A stretch of DNA of 63,549 nucleotides, the filler included, from Basidiobolus meristosporus CBS 931.73 (Eukaryota; Fungi; Basidiobolomycota): assembly GCA_002104905.1 (NCBI GenBank). It is 4 parts of 4 records of this genome, joined end to end, with 100 filler letters (N's around TTAATTAATTAA, not from the genome) between each part and the next. Parts side by side here need not be neighbours in the genome. Positions count along the whole stretch, not along the records: positions 51,367 to 63,549 come from MCFE01001252.1; 3 more parts are not named here. One strand, 5' to 3'. The notes beneath the pieces were generated by a model. The model did no database searches, had not been told where the DNA came from, and was given only the letters and a program-made list of their open reading frames with translations. This document shows positions 51,267 through 63,549 of the stretch, in pieces. The position numbers and the translations under genes were made by a program. Numbering within the stretch: the first letter of the stretch is position 1; each line of letters starts with the position of its first letter.

Positions 51267-51366
51267 NNNNNNNNNNNNNNNNNNNNNNNNNNNNNNNNNN
51301 NNNNNNNNNNTTAATTAATTAANNNNNNNNNNNNNNNNNNNNNNNNNNNNNNNNNNNNNNNNNNNN
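51267..51366. other. Artificial contig linker
   Basis: N44-TTAATTAATTAA-N44. Confidence 0.97.
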
Positions 51367-51660
51367 GAGTCGAACACCTATCAGACCGAGGATGTGTTGA
51401 GTATAAAAATTTCCGGATTGAACCTTGGCCTTTAAGCATCATCATAATACCGATCGTACTGAATTCCTCACATTACCATTTCTTGGTTTGGTGCAGCGTT
51501 GGTTGATTCCTTCTTTTTTGGACCTAATTCCTGTGCTATTTATTCTCTACCTTACCTTATCTATAGATATCCAAAAAACCAATTAAATCCCTTATTATTA
51601 CGGGTATGTCCCGACAATCGGAGACATGTTTCTTTATTCAACTTGAGATAAACTTCGTAT

Positions 51661-52815
<1,155 letters not shown>

Positions 52816-53500
52816 TCAAAGTAGGAGAAGAAAGGGGGAAAGGAGGAAACGTACTAGATGGTAGTGGAAAAAGGTCGTCCCTTTTATCGCCTGGAGGATG
52901 ATTGAGGAGACTGCGATATCTGATGAGTAATACGTAAATTCCCCCTAATATGCAACAATCATCCCTGAGAGCCAATTAGCATCCATTACGCCATTGGGTA
53001 CTCAATCATGTGGAAGTAAATATAGATTAAGATATTATTAATCTGTCCCAAGTCCAATCCACATATTTCCGGATATCGATGACCGATTGGAACAAGTCAC
53101 TTGATTGACGAGGTTACACACAGCAGCAGAAGGTTCCTACGATATTGCCTAGGATACTGTCATCATTCCCAGAATCTGACGCAGCAGTCTATTCCATCAT
53201 ACATTGAACCAGTCTATTGATTATCAAGAGTATCTATTCGATAGATAGTTTTAGGTGGAAATGAATAGTCGATGCGCGCGTTTAGGATTAGCTAGTGCTT
53301 CGAAGACAATTGGTAACGTCATTTGAAAATACACAGGAAACTATGCAACAAGAGACTCCTCTATTTATGCTTTTGGCGACATCTATTTGTTCAATTCTAA
53401 AAGTAGCAACAAAGGAGAACGAATAAGAAAGTAAAGAATAGGGTTTGTGTGAGGCAAGGAATATGAGAAAGAAGAAACGACAACCAGGACGATATGACCA

Positions 53501-56141
53501 TTATGTGCCATACTTGGCTTTGTAGAAGGAAGGTGGAAGCTTCTCCAAAATGGCGAACCAGGGCCTCTCAACTACACATAGTGAATCGGGTCCGGTGAAG
53601 TCAAGGAACATGAGCGGCTGGTATTTGAACAGGGCTTGGAAGTTCTGGTCGAACTGCATCATCTTCTGTCCCATAGGCTGGTTGGCTTCGAGTGTGAGGG
53701 CAGAGATGACCTTGGGATTGAAGTTGGACTCGGTGATTTTCTTACGGATCTCTTTGCTGATCTTGGACTGCTCCTTGGTGATCTCAATACGCTTACGCTT
53801 GGCAATATTGATGATAGTGTCTTTTTCAACGGGTTTGGTGATGTCGACCATGCACATGTAGTTGGCACCCCAGAGCATGATGGTGTTCTTACGGGCAGGG
53901 TTGAAGCTGACCCCCATGATCTTCTCTTTGAGTTGCATGAACCGGGTGGGGAGGTTTTGAGAGTACTGTCTAGACCAGTCGGTCAATCGCTTGGCCTCGA
54001 TGTCATACAGATAGAACTCGTTGGAGGAGAGTGGGACTACTAGTGTGGGTGAATACGAATGGAAATAAAGACCGGTGTGAACTGAGGAGAATTTAGGGAG
54101 AGTGCAATGGTATTGAAGTGCATCCAGGTTATAAACAAATATCCGGTTGAACAAGTCGCCACTTGCGAGCCACTGGCCATCAGCACTCACGCTCAGAGAA
54201 GAGATGGTTCCCACTCTGTCATCGTCGTTTTGAGCTTCGTCATCAGTCATCATCCCGTCGCCATGATGTTGGCCGAAAGTGCGAAGGATCTCGAACGACC
54301 CATTCTCCCACTCTGACAAGTCGATGATCTTGATGTAGGAATCGGTGGTGGCGATCACAAGCTTGCTAGAGTCGGGGGTGAACAGAATATGATGGGCTCC
54401 CTTGTAGGGGTTCAGTCTGCTGGTGACCGCTTCCGAGGGGAAGCTCTTGATCTTTTGAATCTTCACGACGCTAGGATTGCTTGGGTTCTCCGTCAGTCTG
54501 AAGAGCTTGATGTTGTAGATGTCCGACACGGCAATCCACTGGCCATCCTCAGAAATGGCGCTGGCAATGATGTGGTTCTCATCCTTGAGTTTGATCTCCA
54601 GCAAACTCTCCAGGTTCTCAATCAATCCGAGATCTGTACCAATCTCTAGGTTTCCGTATGGCTGCATAGGGGGCGCAGCCTTGCCAAGCTTCCAAACTCG
54701 GATGGAGTTCGGGAAGCGGCACATCAGCAACCGCTTAGCTTTGGACATGGAGATCAGTGGCTTTTGGGGGAAGTAGGGAAGGCGCCATTGATTCATGTTG
54801 GGGAATTCCGCAGCGGGACAAACGACCAATTGCACATCCACACCTCCAGACACTAAGGCATTGACAGGGCGGCTTTCGTCCAACGCCAGGGCCTTGACAT
54901 CGTGCGAGTGGTATCTACGGGTACCGGCCAAGATCCATTTCATCTCGGACTTGGGTGCCTCAGCAGAGCTGGAGTCCTTCTTTTTTCTGCTGACAGGAGT
55001 GTAGTTGGCATTCTCCACCAGTCGGAATTGAATGACCTTCCTGTCTACGCCCGAAGTGAAGACGGTGTTACCCTCCTAGATAAGTTCCGATAATCAGCAC
55101 AACGATGCCGGGATACGCCGTGTTGGCATAATGCAGTACAAACCTCGTTAGCAACTACACACAATATGTCGGCGGAGTGTGCGTTGAAGCTTTGAATCAT
55201 GGTGCCCATCTCACCGTCCCAGAACTTCACATGGCCCAATGAGTCTCCACTGACAATGCATCCATTCCTATCAGTAGCAACAAATGTAAGTAAGCGGGGT
55301 TTCCGATTTCCATGGTGCAGTGAGTGCCTTACTTGAGAATCTTGACTGCCCATACGAGGGTATCTTCACGACCGAATCTTTCGACAGTCATGCGAGAGGT
55401 GGGTCTTCCTAGCTTGACGTCCCACTTTCTGATACTGCTGTCGGCAGAACCGGTGACGATGACCTTGTCATCGGGGCTCCAAGCCAAAGACAGGATACGG
55501 GCTATCCCACAATAAACCGTCAACACCAAACCTTCTTGACACCCAGCAACCATGATATTTACCTTTTTGCTTAACAAAGGATCTTTCGAAGGAGAGATCT
55601 CCGTCGATGATATTGAAGATTCGGATACAGCCGTCCTCACAACCAACTGCTAGCTTTGTTCCGGAATTGTTGGCAGCCAAACACCACACGGCACCACCGT
55701 GAGAATCGATGGTTTGCTACGATGTGAAGGAATACATTAGTGAGCTACGGTCTAGACTCCGACGCCCAAGGCTGCGTGCAGCGAAAATACCTTAGGGCAC
55801 AAAGTTGTGAGGTCCCATTCGGTAATCAGGGAATTCAAACCAGCAGAGAAGAGTCTAGGGGACTCGGACAAAAGTTTCTTTTGGGCCTCAGCCTTCTCTT
55901 CGGGGGTGTCATAATCGTCGTCGCCCAGGACAATCTGGTGGGCCCAGGTCAGAGCTTCGATGTTATAGCTAGCACCACCCGGAATGATCTTTTCAAGGTG
56001 CCAATTCTTTGGGTTCCATATTTCAATGTCTCCCCCAGCCCTAGCACATGCCAACAGGGGCTTGGTGGATTTGGGAGCAAAAGTGAGCGCGTTGATCGCC
56101 GCTGGGGTGTAATCGACAAAACGACACCTGTGAACCTCCAT
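53501..56141 (-). CDS. UTP4: U3 snoRNP/UtpA subunit Utp4 (Cirhin), WD40, multi-intron
   Basis: MEVHRCRFVDY.P.AI..L, IVSGDS.G.VKFWD, HSHDVKAL and C-terminal VVERPW motifs. Confidence 0.92.
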
Positions 56142-57127
56142 TTCGAAACAGAGAGGAATCGGGGGGATAAAAACAGAGGTTTGGCTTATACAATAACTGG
56201 AGTTTTTTTTTATTTTTTCCTTGGATTCTGCGCAAACAGTGAATCAATTTTCGGATGATTCCTCCTTTTGCCGCTAGCCTCCTGGCTACCCAGATTTTTT
56301 TCTTTTTTTTTTCACGAATCTCACTATTTCGTGGATTCTTGATTAACTGGTGGTTTAACTTCATCCGTCAGCTACCTCTACATGTGAAGGTGCGTGGGAT
56401 GTGGGATGTGGGATGTGGGATGTGAAGATGGCTGCCAGTGGTTATCCCTTCTGCCCCTTGTACAGCTATGGCGACGGACTTCCATCTGTTCAAAAACTCA
56501 GGCTTTGCTACGCTTCTAGGGGTGAAGCGTTTCATTTGTAGACAGGGGCGGGTTAGTTGTGAGCTTATGGGTAGAGTCTAATGAGTGCGGTCTCCATTCT
56601 CCTGATGGTGTGCGTCGACGGGACATCTCGCACGATTAGAGCTAAATAGGCGTTGCTCTCTATCACCTTTTGTGACTTCAGAATAGATGCATCTAGATGT
56701 TACCTCTGATACAGTAACTGAAGATCATTGGAGGTAGGGTTCCAAGGATTCGACAACGGAATTGATTGGTGGAGGCCCAATTCGAAGGGAAAGGGTTGAG
56801 AAAAGGGTGGTTCTATTGCCATTGTTATGCCTTTCATTTAGCCAGCCAATACAATGGTATATATATACGCACCACTCCTAAGGCTAAGGTGATATCATTC
56901 TATATGATACTTTATCAAACGATATTTGTATAGATGTGAATCAGAGCATTCCTTCCACACCAATCAACTAATCACATAGAGAGTCGGAGCATGTATATTC
57001 ATCCGATATGTCGCAGCTTATTCTCATAATCCTGCTTTGATTCTAGAAACTTTTATTTGCTCTGTGAAAGGCCAGTTTAATCGCAACTATAAAAGGCTCT
57101 CCCTTCTGCTCCCCGCTCTCTTTCTAA

Positions 57128-57589
<462 letters not shown>

Positions 57590-57699
57590 ACTAGTCCCCG
57601 TCTTTTAATCTTCCCAAGTGAAATTTTTTTATTCTCCCTATGGTCGTTCTTAGTTGCTTTTTACGTGTATAGTTTTTTGTGTTTCCCTCCAATTGCCTT

Positions 57700-57930
57700 T
57701 AGTTCGGTCTAGAAATAAAGCCCCTCACCAAACCAGTGACAACGGCCCGAACTTTCCTCCTAACGCCATCTTCGGATGGGCAACACCGACCAAGGGTTCC
57801 CTTGGCTGCTGCCGGGGCCGCCTTCGGTCCACTTGGCTTGTGATGATGGCGTGCAGTCAGATGACCCTCAGGAAGTACCAAATTGGCCACCCCAATATGG
57901 CCATGCGCCTTGAGCCAATAGAATCCTAAC
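57700..57930. ncRNA. Candidate structured non-coding RNA, family and strand unresolved
   Basis: GC-rich island with several hairpins and long-range stems between two convergent 3' ends; no recognisable protein in any frame. Confidence 0.3.
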
Positions 57931-58202
57931 TCAGGGTGTAGAGATGCAATCTTTGAGACAAACATGAATGTACCACGAAGACTCAATTGAAATCGAAATC
58001 GAAATAGAAATGAGAATCGAGCACTCCGCAGGTAATCTCGACGTCTACTTCAAGTATGTTTATCGCTCGAATCACTGTCACAACAATCTGGTGTATTGGG
58101 CTGAGTGCTATTAAAATGATGTACAAAGTAAGGTGGAAATATTAGGGCTCTAGAAACGATGGGAACGGGGTCTAACGGAGTGGGCTGGATCCGCGGGTCC
58201 TC

Positions 58203-59659
58203 TTAAGCGCGGCGGAATTTGACGGCAACGTTTCGTCTTTGGGACATGTTGAGGACGGCTGGATCGTCGAGGGAAGGGGAGGGGGAGGGGAGTTGGTTAG
58301 TCACTGGTGCGCGTGAGGGATGCTGGTGAGATGACGTGGAACTTACAGCTTTTTCTGTTCACTCGGGTTCCGAAGAAATGCTTGGACTTGAAGTCCAGGA
58401 CAGACTCCGGGATATGCTTGGCCTTCGGCTGGCTGGTCAGCGAGACCACCTTGATAGAGCTGATGTTTCCGGGTTAGCACGATTCAGAGCAAACTTGACA
58501 TGGTGGTGGTGTACTCACCCGAATGATTTCTCCCCCTTCACTCTCTTGGACTTGGGCTCGACCTCGTCATCGGAAAGTCCCTCAAACTCATCCATTTTGA
58601 TGTGATTGCGCTTCTTGGGAAGTCTAGAATTTGCAGTGGGGTCAACAGTTGTAAACCAAGCCCGGTTTGATCCATCATCACTTACTCTTCATCCATATCT
58701 GCAACCATCTCCAACATATCAAGGGGCAAGGTGGCAGGGATCTCAAGAGGTTGGGGTACCACCTCCTCCTCGATTTCGATCTTGGGAAGTGACTTCTTGG
58801 CGACACGGTCCTTCTTCGCGGCCTTTTGTTCCTTCAACTTGCTGTCGATCTCGCGTCTCTTTTGTCTTTGCTGGTCGGCGACTCTATTGCCCATATGATG
58901 TTATTTCCTTTGTTACCCTACCAATGCAAATGAGCAAACCTCGGTGTACCTTTGCGCAGCCTCTCTCTCCTGCTTTTTGGCCTGAAGGGCCATGGATTTT
59001 CCGGAGCTCAGGGAAACGGCCTCGGGTGCGTCGTCATCACTGTCGCTGTCGCTGTCACTTTCCTCCTCCTGCTTGGCTTCCTGTTGCTCATTTCCCGAGT
59101 TTTCCGCTTCCTCCTCTGCGGCCTCCCCGACTGGCTCGTTTTGCTCCTCCTCGCTTTCGGGTGCCGAGTCTGGGCTCTGCTCACGCTCCTCGGAAGGCTC
59201 GTCTTCCGACCCAGCTTCACTCTCACTCTCACTCTCGTTTTCGTGGGTTTCAGGCAGGCCGACGGGCTCGGGGTTAGACTTTCTATTGCAGCTACGCAGA
59301 CGTTTTACCAATGGAGGGGAGGTGAGCTGGGGGGTTTTCGGTTGTTCGTCGGGGGTGCTGCTAACGCTTTTCTCCGTGAAGACACCCTTGGCGCGTCGAC
59401 GAGTGGCGGTTTTGGGGGTCTGAATCGAGGAAGCCACCTCCTCGGTAACCCTCTTGACCGGTTGGGTCTTGGAAGGGGTGGTCATGGCTCTCTTTCTCGC
59501 TAACGGGGTGCGACTCTCGGACTCCTCCGCCTGGGTGGGCTTTCTATTTCTACTGCGAAGGCGTGAGGAGACGGGGGGTGAGACGAAGTTGGGTAGACCG
59601 GTCTTTGGAGTCCCCGAGGGGGTGTTGGGGGTGGTTTTACGGGGGGTCTTGGATGCCAT
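58203..59659 (-). CDS. Nucleolar SSU-processome protein, Bud21/Utp16 (NOL7)-like
   Basis: Basic then acidic low-complexity N-terminus, DDAPEAVSLS..K, coiled coil, LPLDMLE and C-terminal ESVLDFKSKHFFG.RV.R; introns at ~58890-58950 and downstream. Confidence 0.55.
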
Positions 59660-60055
59660 GGTTTCCGAACTTTCTTCGCTTCTAACGAGGGGGGGTGGTG
59701 GAGTGGAAGTTCGAAACACTAGACCGTTGGATATGTGTGATATGCTCGATGCCAACCTTAGGGAAGGGATTTTTTTTCCTAGCCAAGGTTCGATGGCGGA
59801 ATTTTTTTTTCTTTTTCCCACTTTTTCCATTCCCCTTCGGATTTAGTCACACTCCGCGCGGATGTTGACTAAAACCCAGTCTAGCTAGCTGCATTTCAAT
59901 GGGATTTTTATTGTGGTCTGTGTCGTATTAGGTTGAACAAAGGGAAAAGTGATTGCAAACTGGCGTTTCACCGGGTGTGAAGGGGGATAAACATAGCGAT
60001 GTAGAAGTGTAGCTAAATATACAATGTGGTCGACTTTCTTCTTACTGCCCATTGT

Positions 60056-62532
60056 TTACTGGTTGGCAGAGGCCATCTTGTTCAAAGCAGAGCCCGCCTT
60101 GAACCAATCGATCTGGTTGTCGTTGAAGGTGTGGTTGACGGGAATGTCCACCTTTTCTCCGTTGTCCCGTTGGATACGAAGAGTCAAGGGCTTGCCGGGG
60201 GTGAAGCTGGTCAGTCCAATGATGGAGACATTGTCCGAAGGCTTGATCTTGTCGTAGTCCGCTGGGTTCGCGAAGGTCAGTGGGAGCACGCCCTGCTTCT
60301 TGAGATTGGTCTCGTGAATACGCGCGAACGACTTGGTGATCACCGCGATACCACCCAGATGGCGCACTTCAAGGGCCGCGTGCTCGCGAGATGAGCCTTC
60401 GCCGTAATTCTCGTCACCAATCACTACCCATCTGATGCCCTTGGCCTTGTAGTCTCTGGCGACTGCAGGGACAGCATCGTACTCACCGGTGAGCTTGTTC
60501 TTGATTTTGTTGGCCTCGCCATTTTCGGAGTTGATGGCGCCAATCAACATGTTGTTGGAGATGTTGTCCAAATGACCGCGGTACTTGAGCCAGGGCCCAG
60601 CCATGGAGATGTGGTCGGTGGTGCACTTTCCTTTGACCTTGATGAGAACGGGGAGGTTCTCGGCGTCCTTGCCATCCCATTTGCTGAAGGGCTGCAATAG
60701 TTGCAAACGGTTGCTGTCAGGTCGAACGCTCACCGAAATGGTGCTTCTGTCTTTGGGTGGCTCCTGATAGGTGTTCTCTCCGGGGTCGTATCCGCGAACG
60801 GGAAGCTCGTCACCATGGGGAGGTGTGAACTTGAATTTCTTGCCGTTGGAGTCGGTAAGTTCGTCCTTCAATGGGTTGAATCGAAGATCTCCGGCAAAGG
60901 ACATGGCAGTAACGATTTCAGGTGAGGCCACGAAGGAGTGGGTAGCGGGGTTACCGTCATTTCTACCGGTGAAATTCCTATTATAGGAAGTGATGATGGA
61001 GTTCTTTTCTCCCTTCTTCACGTCCTGGCGATCCCACTGGCCGATGCATGGGCCACAGGCGTTGGCGAGGACGATGCCGCCCGCCTTGTTGAACACATCC
61101 ATTTGACCGTCACGCGAGATCGTAGCACGGATTTGCTCGGAGCCGGGGGTAATGGTAAATTTGGATTTGACTTGGATACCGTGGTCGAGTGCCTCTTGCG
61201 CTAGAGAGGCGGAGCGCGACATGTCTTCGTAGGAGGAGTTGGTGCATGAGCCAATCAAGCCGACCTTGAGTTCAGTGGGCCAGTTGTTTTGCTCGACCGC
61301 CTCCTTGAACTTGCTGATCGGTGTGGCAAGGTCAGGGGTGAAGGGGCCGTTGATGTGTGGCTCCAACTCGTCCAGATTGATCTCGATGATCTGGTCATAC
61401 TTTGCGTTTTCGTCGGCCTTCAGGTTGTATGCGAACTGCTCGGATGCTTTGGCAATATGGTCACGGTTGGTGGCACGGAGGTAATCTCCCATGCGTTTGT
61501 TGTATGGGAAGACCGAGGTGGTTGCCCCGATCTCCGCACCCATGTTACAGATGGTAGCCATGCCGGTGCAAGACAGACTCTCGACGCCAGGTCCAAAATA
61601 CTCGACAATGGCTCCAGTACCGCCCTTGACGGTCAAGATGCCAGCGACCTTCAGGATAACATCCTTTGGCGAGGTCCATCCGTTGATCTTACCGGTTAAC
61701 TTGACTCCAATGACCTTGGGGCACTTGAGCTCCCAAGGGATATCCGCCATAACGTCCACGGCGTCAGCGCCGCCAACACCGATGGCACACATACCGAGGC
61801 CACCTGCGTTGGGTGTGTGCGAGTCGGTACCAATCATAAGACCACCGGGGAATGCGTAGTTCTCAAGAATGATTTGATGAATGATCCCCGATCCTGGTCT
61901 CCAGAAGCCAAGCCCGTATTTGGCGGTACAGGTGGCCAAGAAGTCGTAGACCTCCTTGTTCATATCCTTGGCCCTGGCCAGATCCTTTTCGCCCCCGATC
62001 TGGGCCTCGATCAGGTGATCGCAGTGCACGGTAGAGGGGACGGCGACGGTGGGCAGTCCAGCAGACATAAACTGCAGCAACGCCATTTGGGCAGTTGCAT
62101 CTTGGCAGGCAACGCGATCGGGGGCGAAGTTTAAGGTAGGTTGCACCGCGTTCGATTTCTTGGTTCTTTGCGTCGTCCAAATGCCCATAAATGATCTTCT
62201 CGGCCAAGGTGAGTGGGTGGTTCAGCCTGGAGACATGAGTTAGTATACCAGGGCAGCAATGGGCGTGGTTATGGTACCCCACCCGTTTTCTAATCACGCG
62301 CCAGGTTGTCCTCGATCCTTTGGTAGTTGATGTATTTGTCTTTCTCAAGGTTGGATATGGATACCTTCTGGGCGACGGTGCCACCAACGGCGGTGGCCAG
62401 ACTTTCTGGCAGCAACGGCCTTGTAAACAGCAGGGGAAATGCTCTACAGACAAATCGGTTTAGTCGAGGCTTGGAAAATCACGAGCAAATACGTTCATAC
62501 TCTAGCAGCACGGCGCGAACGCATAACACCAT
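60056..62532 (-). CDS. ACO1: Mitochondrial aconitate hydratase (with 1-bp indels in the 5' part)
   Basis: [72 protein letters not shown]. Confidence 0.97.
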
Positions 62533-63549
62533 GTTGGTGAAAAGTAAGAGTAGAAGAGCAGTTGAGGCTGTGACGAGAATGGGGCGGGGAGTCAGGGTAT
62601 TTGTATGTTTTTGCAGCCCCCACATTCAATCACCCTGATAAAGCCACTGTAGTTGTTACCCCAAATTCACTGGTAAATTAGGCCAGGAATTGGATACAAA
62701 CATCACGAGCAACTTGTCAGGCCGACGGTATCAAACAATTACGTCAATTAGAGTCGGTTCGGGTAGGAAAGGGCTATGTTGTCGGAATAGGAAAGGGTTA
62801 TGTGCAATGTGTTATTGCTCTCAGCTCATTTGGGGAACGTTTGCTTAACCCTTTCCTATTTAGACTCCGATGGTATATTACATTTCCCCCCAAAACATTT
62901 CCTGGTCTTCGCCATCGTGCCACGAATGAACCGCTTTGTTTCAGCAGTGTCTTGTTTGATTCACATGGAGGGTTAGGGCTAGGGGGAGGGGGAGGGGTTA
63001 GGGCCAGAACAACGCATCCATCCAATGCTAAAGTTAGGTTGGTTTGTTTGCGTAATTTAGCCGCAATCAATAACTGGTTACATGACCCGTCACCCATCAC
63101 CCGTCACCCGTCACCTATCCCCGACTGGTCCAAAATCACCCCACGCCATACAAGTCACTTGACGCTTACACATGCCACTCTTCCAACTCTTGGGAGCCCC
63201 GCATAAATTTTGAGGACGATACTGTACGTGGGTAGAATGGAAGGAACTACTTGGTGCATATCGGATATGCAGTAATCACCACTCATCTCCGAAACACAAT
63301 CCCGGCAGGTGTCAGGTAGGGGAGGGGGTTGAGCCGGCAATGTGCGGTCAATTATGCTTGTGAGATGCGGCTTCTATGCAGCGTTTAATAACAAAATGGC
63401 TTATCAATGGGGAATCTAGTTGTATATGATACAAAGCAAGGTATAGTGTATATGAGCCTCTAGCTGGCCGGGTTGCTACGTCGATATTCGTCTCTGGCCT
63501 TGGATATGATTCTATGGGTGGATCGCCGTTCGTACAGGGATTTCACGAT

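Noticed and set aside
53125-53175. Possible heat-shock element upstream of polyubiquitin (GAAGGTTC)
   Set aside because: Only two nGAAn units; expected by chance.
56394-56424. (GTGGGAT)4; also (GGGTGC)n at ~49555-49583 and (CACCCGT)n at ~63085-63115
   Set aside because: Short simple repeats with no evidence of function.
57699-57986. 95-aa minus-strand ORF and 91-aa plus-strand ORF
   Set aside because: Non-ATG starts and no recognisable motif; openness is explained by GC richness.

Overview
Fungal genomic DNA: short GT-AG introns, fungal-type histone H3 and ubiquitin, and (TTAGGG)n telomeres. An early-diverging lineage such as Basidiobolus/Zoopagomycota is an inference only. The window is four contigs joined by artificial N44-TTAATTAATTAA-N44 linkers (16104-16203, 34209-34308, 51267-51366), so adjacency across them is meaningless. 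Contig 1 (1-16103) is a chromosome end. It holds TE relics, then a small gene island (aspartic-protease pseudogene, POT/PTR2 peptide transporter, MpaB-like oxygenase), then a ~5.1 kb head-to-tail array of five non-LTR retroelement units capped by 17 TTAGGG repeats. All five units have their 5' ends pointing to the telomere. Each is joined to the previous one through TTAGGG plus a G-tract and ends, on its sense strand, in AATAAA, a CACC-loop-GGTG hairpin, a C-tract and CCCTAA, with no poly(A). Four units are LINE (APE endonuclease/RT) pieces from three subfamilies; the most proximal looks like a tRNA-derived SINE carrying the same tail. This apparent telomere-targeted LINE+SINE system, coexisting with telomerase repeats, is the main discovery candidate. 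Contig 2 (16204-34208) is a nest of CpG-decayed CACTA, Copia and Gypsy elements, solo LTRs and a 734-bp foldback element. Contigs 3 and 4 carry a Copia 3' end and then housekeeping genes: DUF4396, GCNA, Msc2-like Zn transporter, multi-FHA Chk2/Rad53-type kinase, PMI, calmodulin-like, TyrRS, polyubiquitin, UTP4, H3, BUD21-like and aconitase. There is also a candidate structured ncRNA near 57.8 kb. Several genes carry single-base indels, probably consensus errors.
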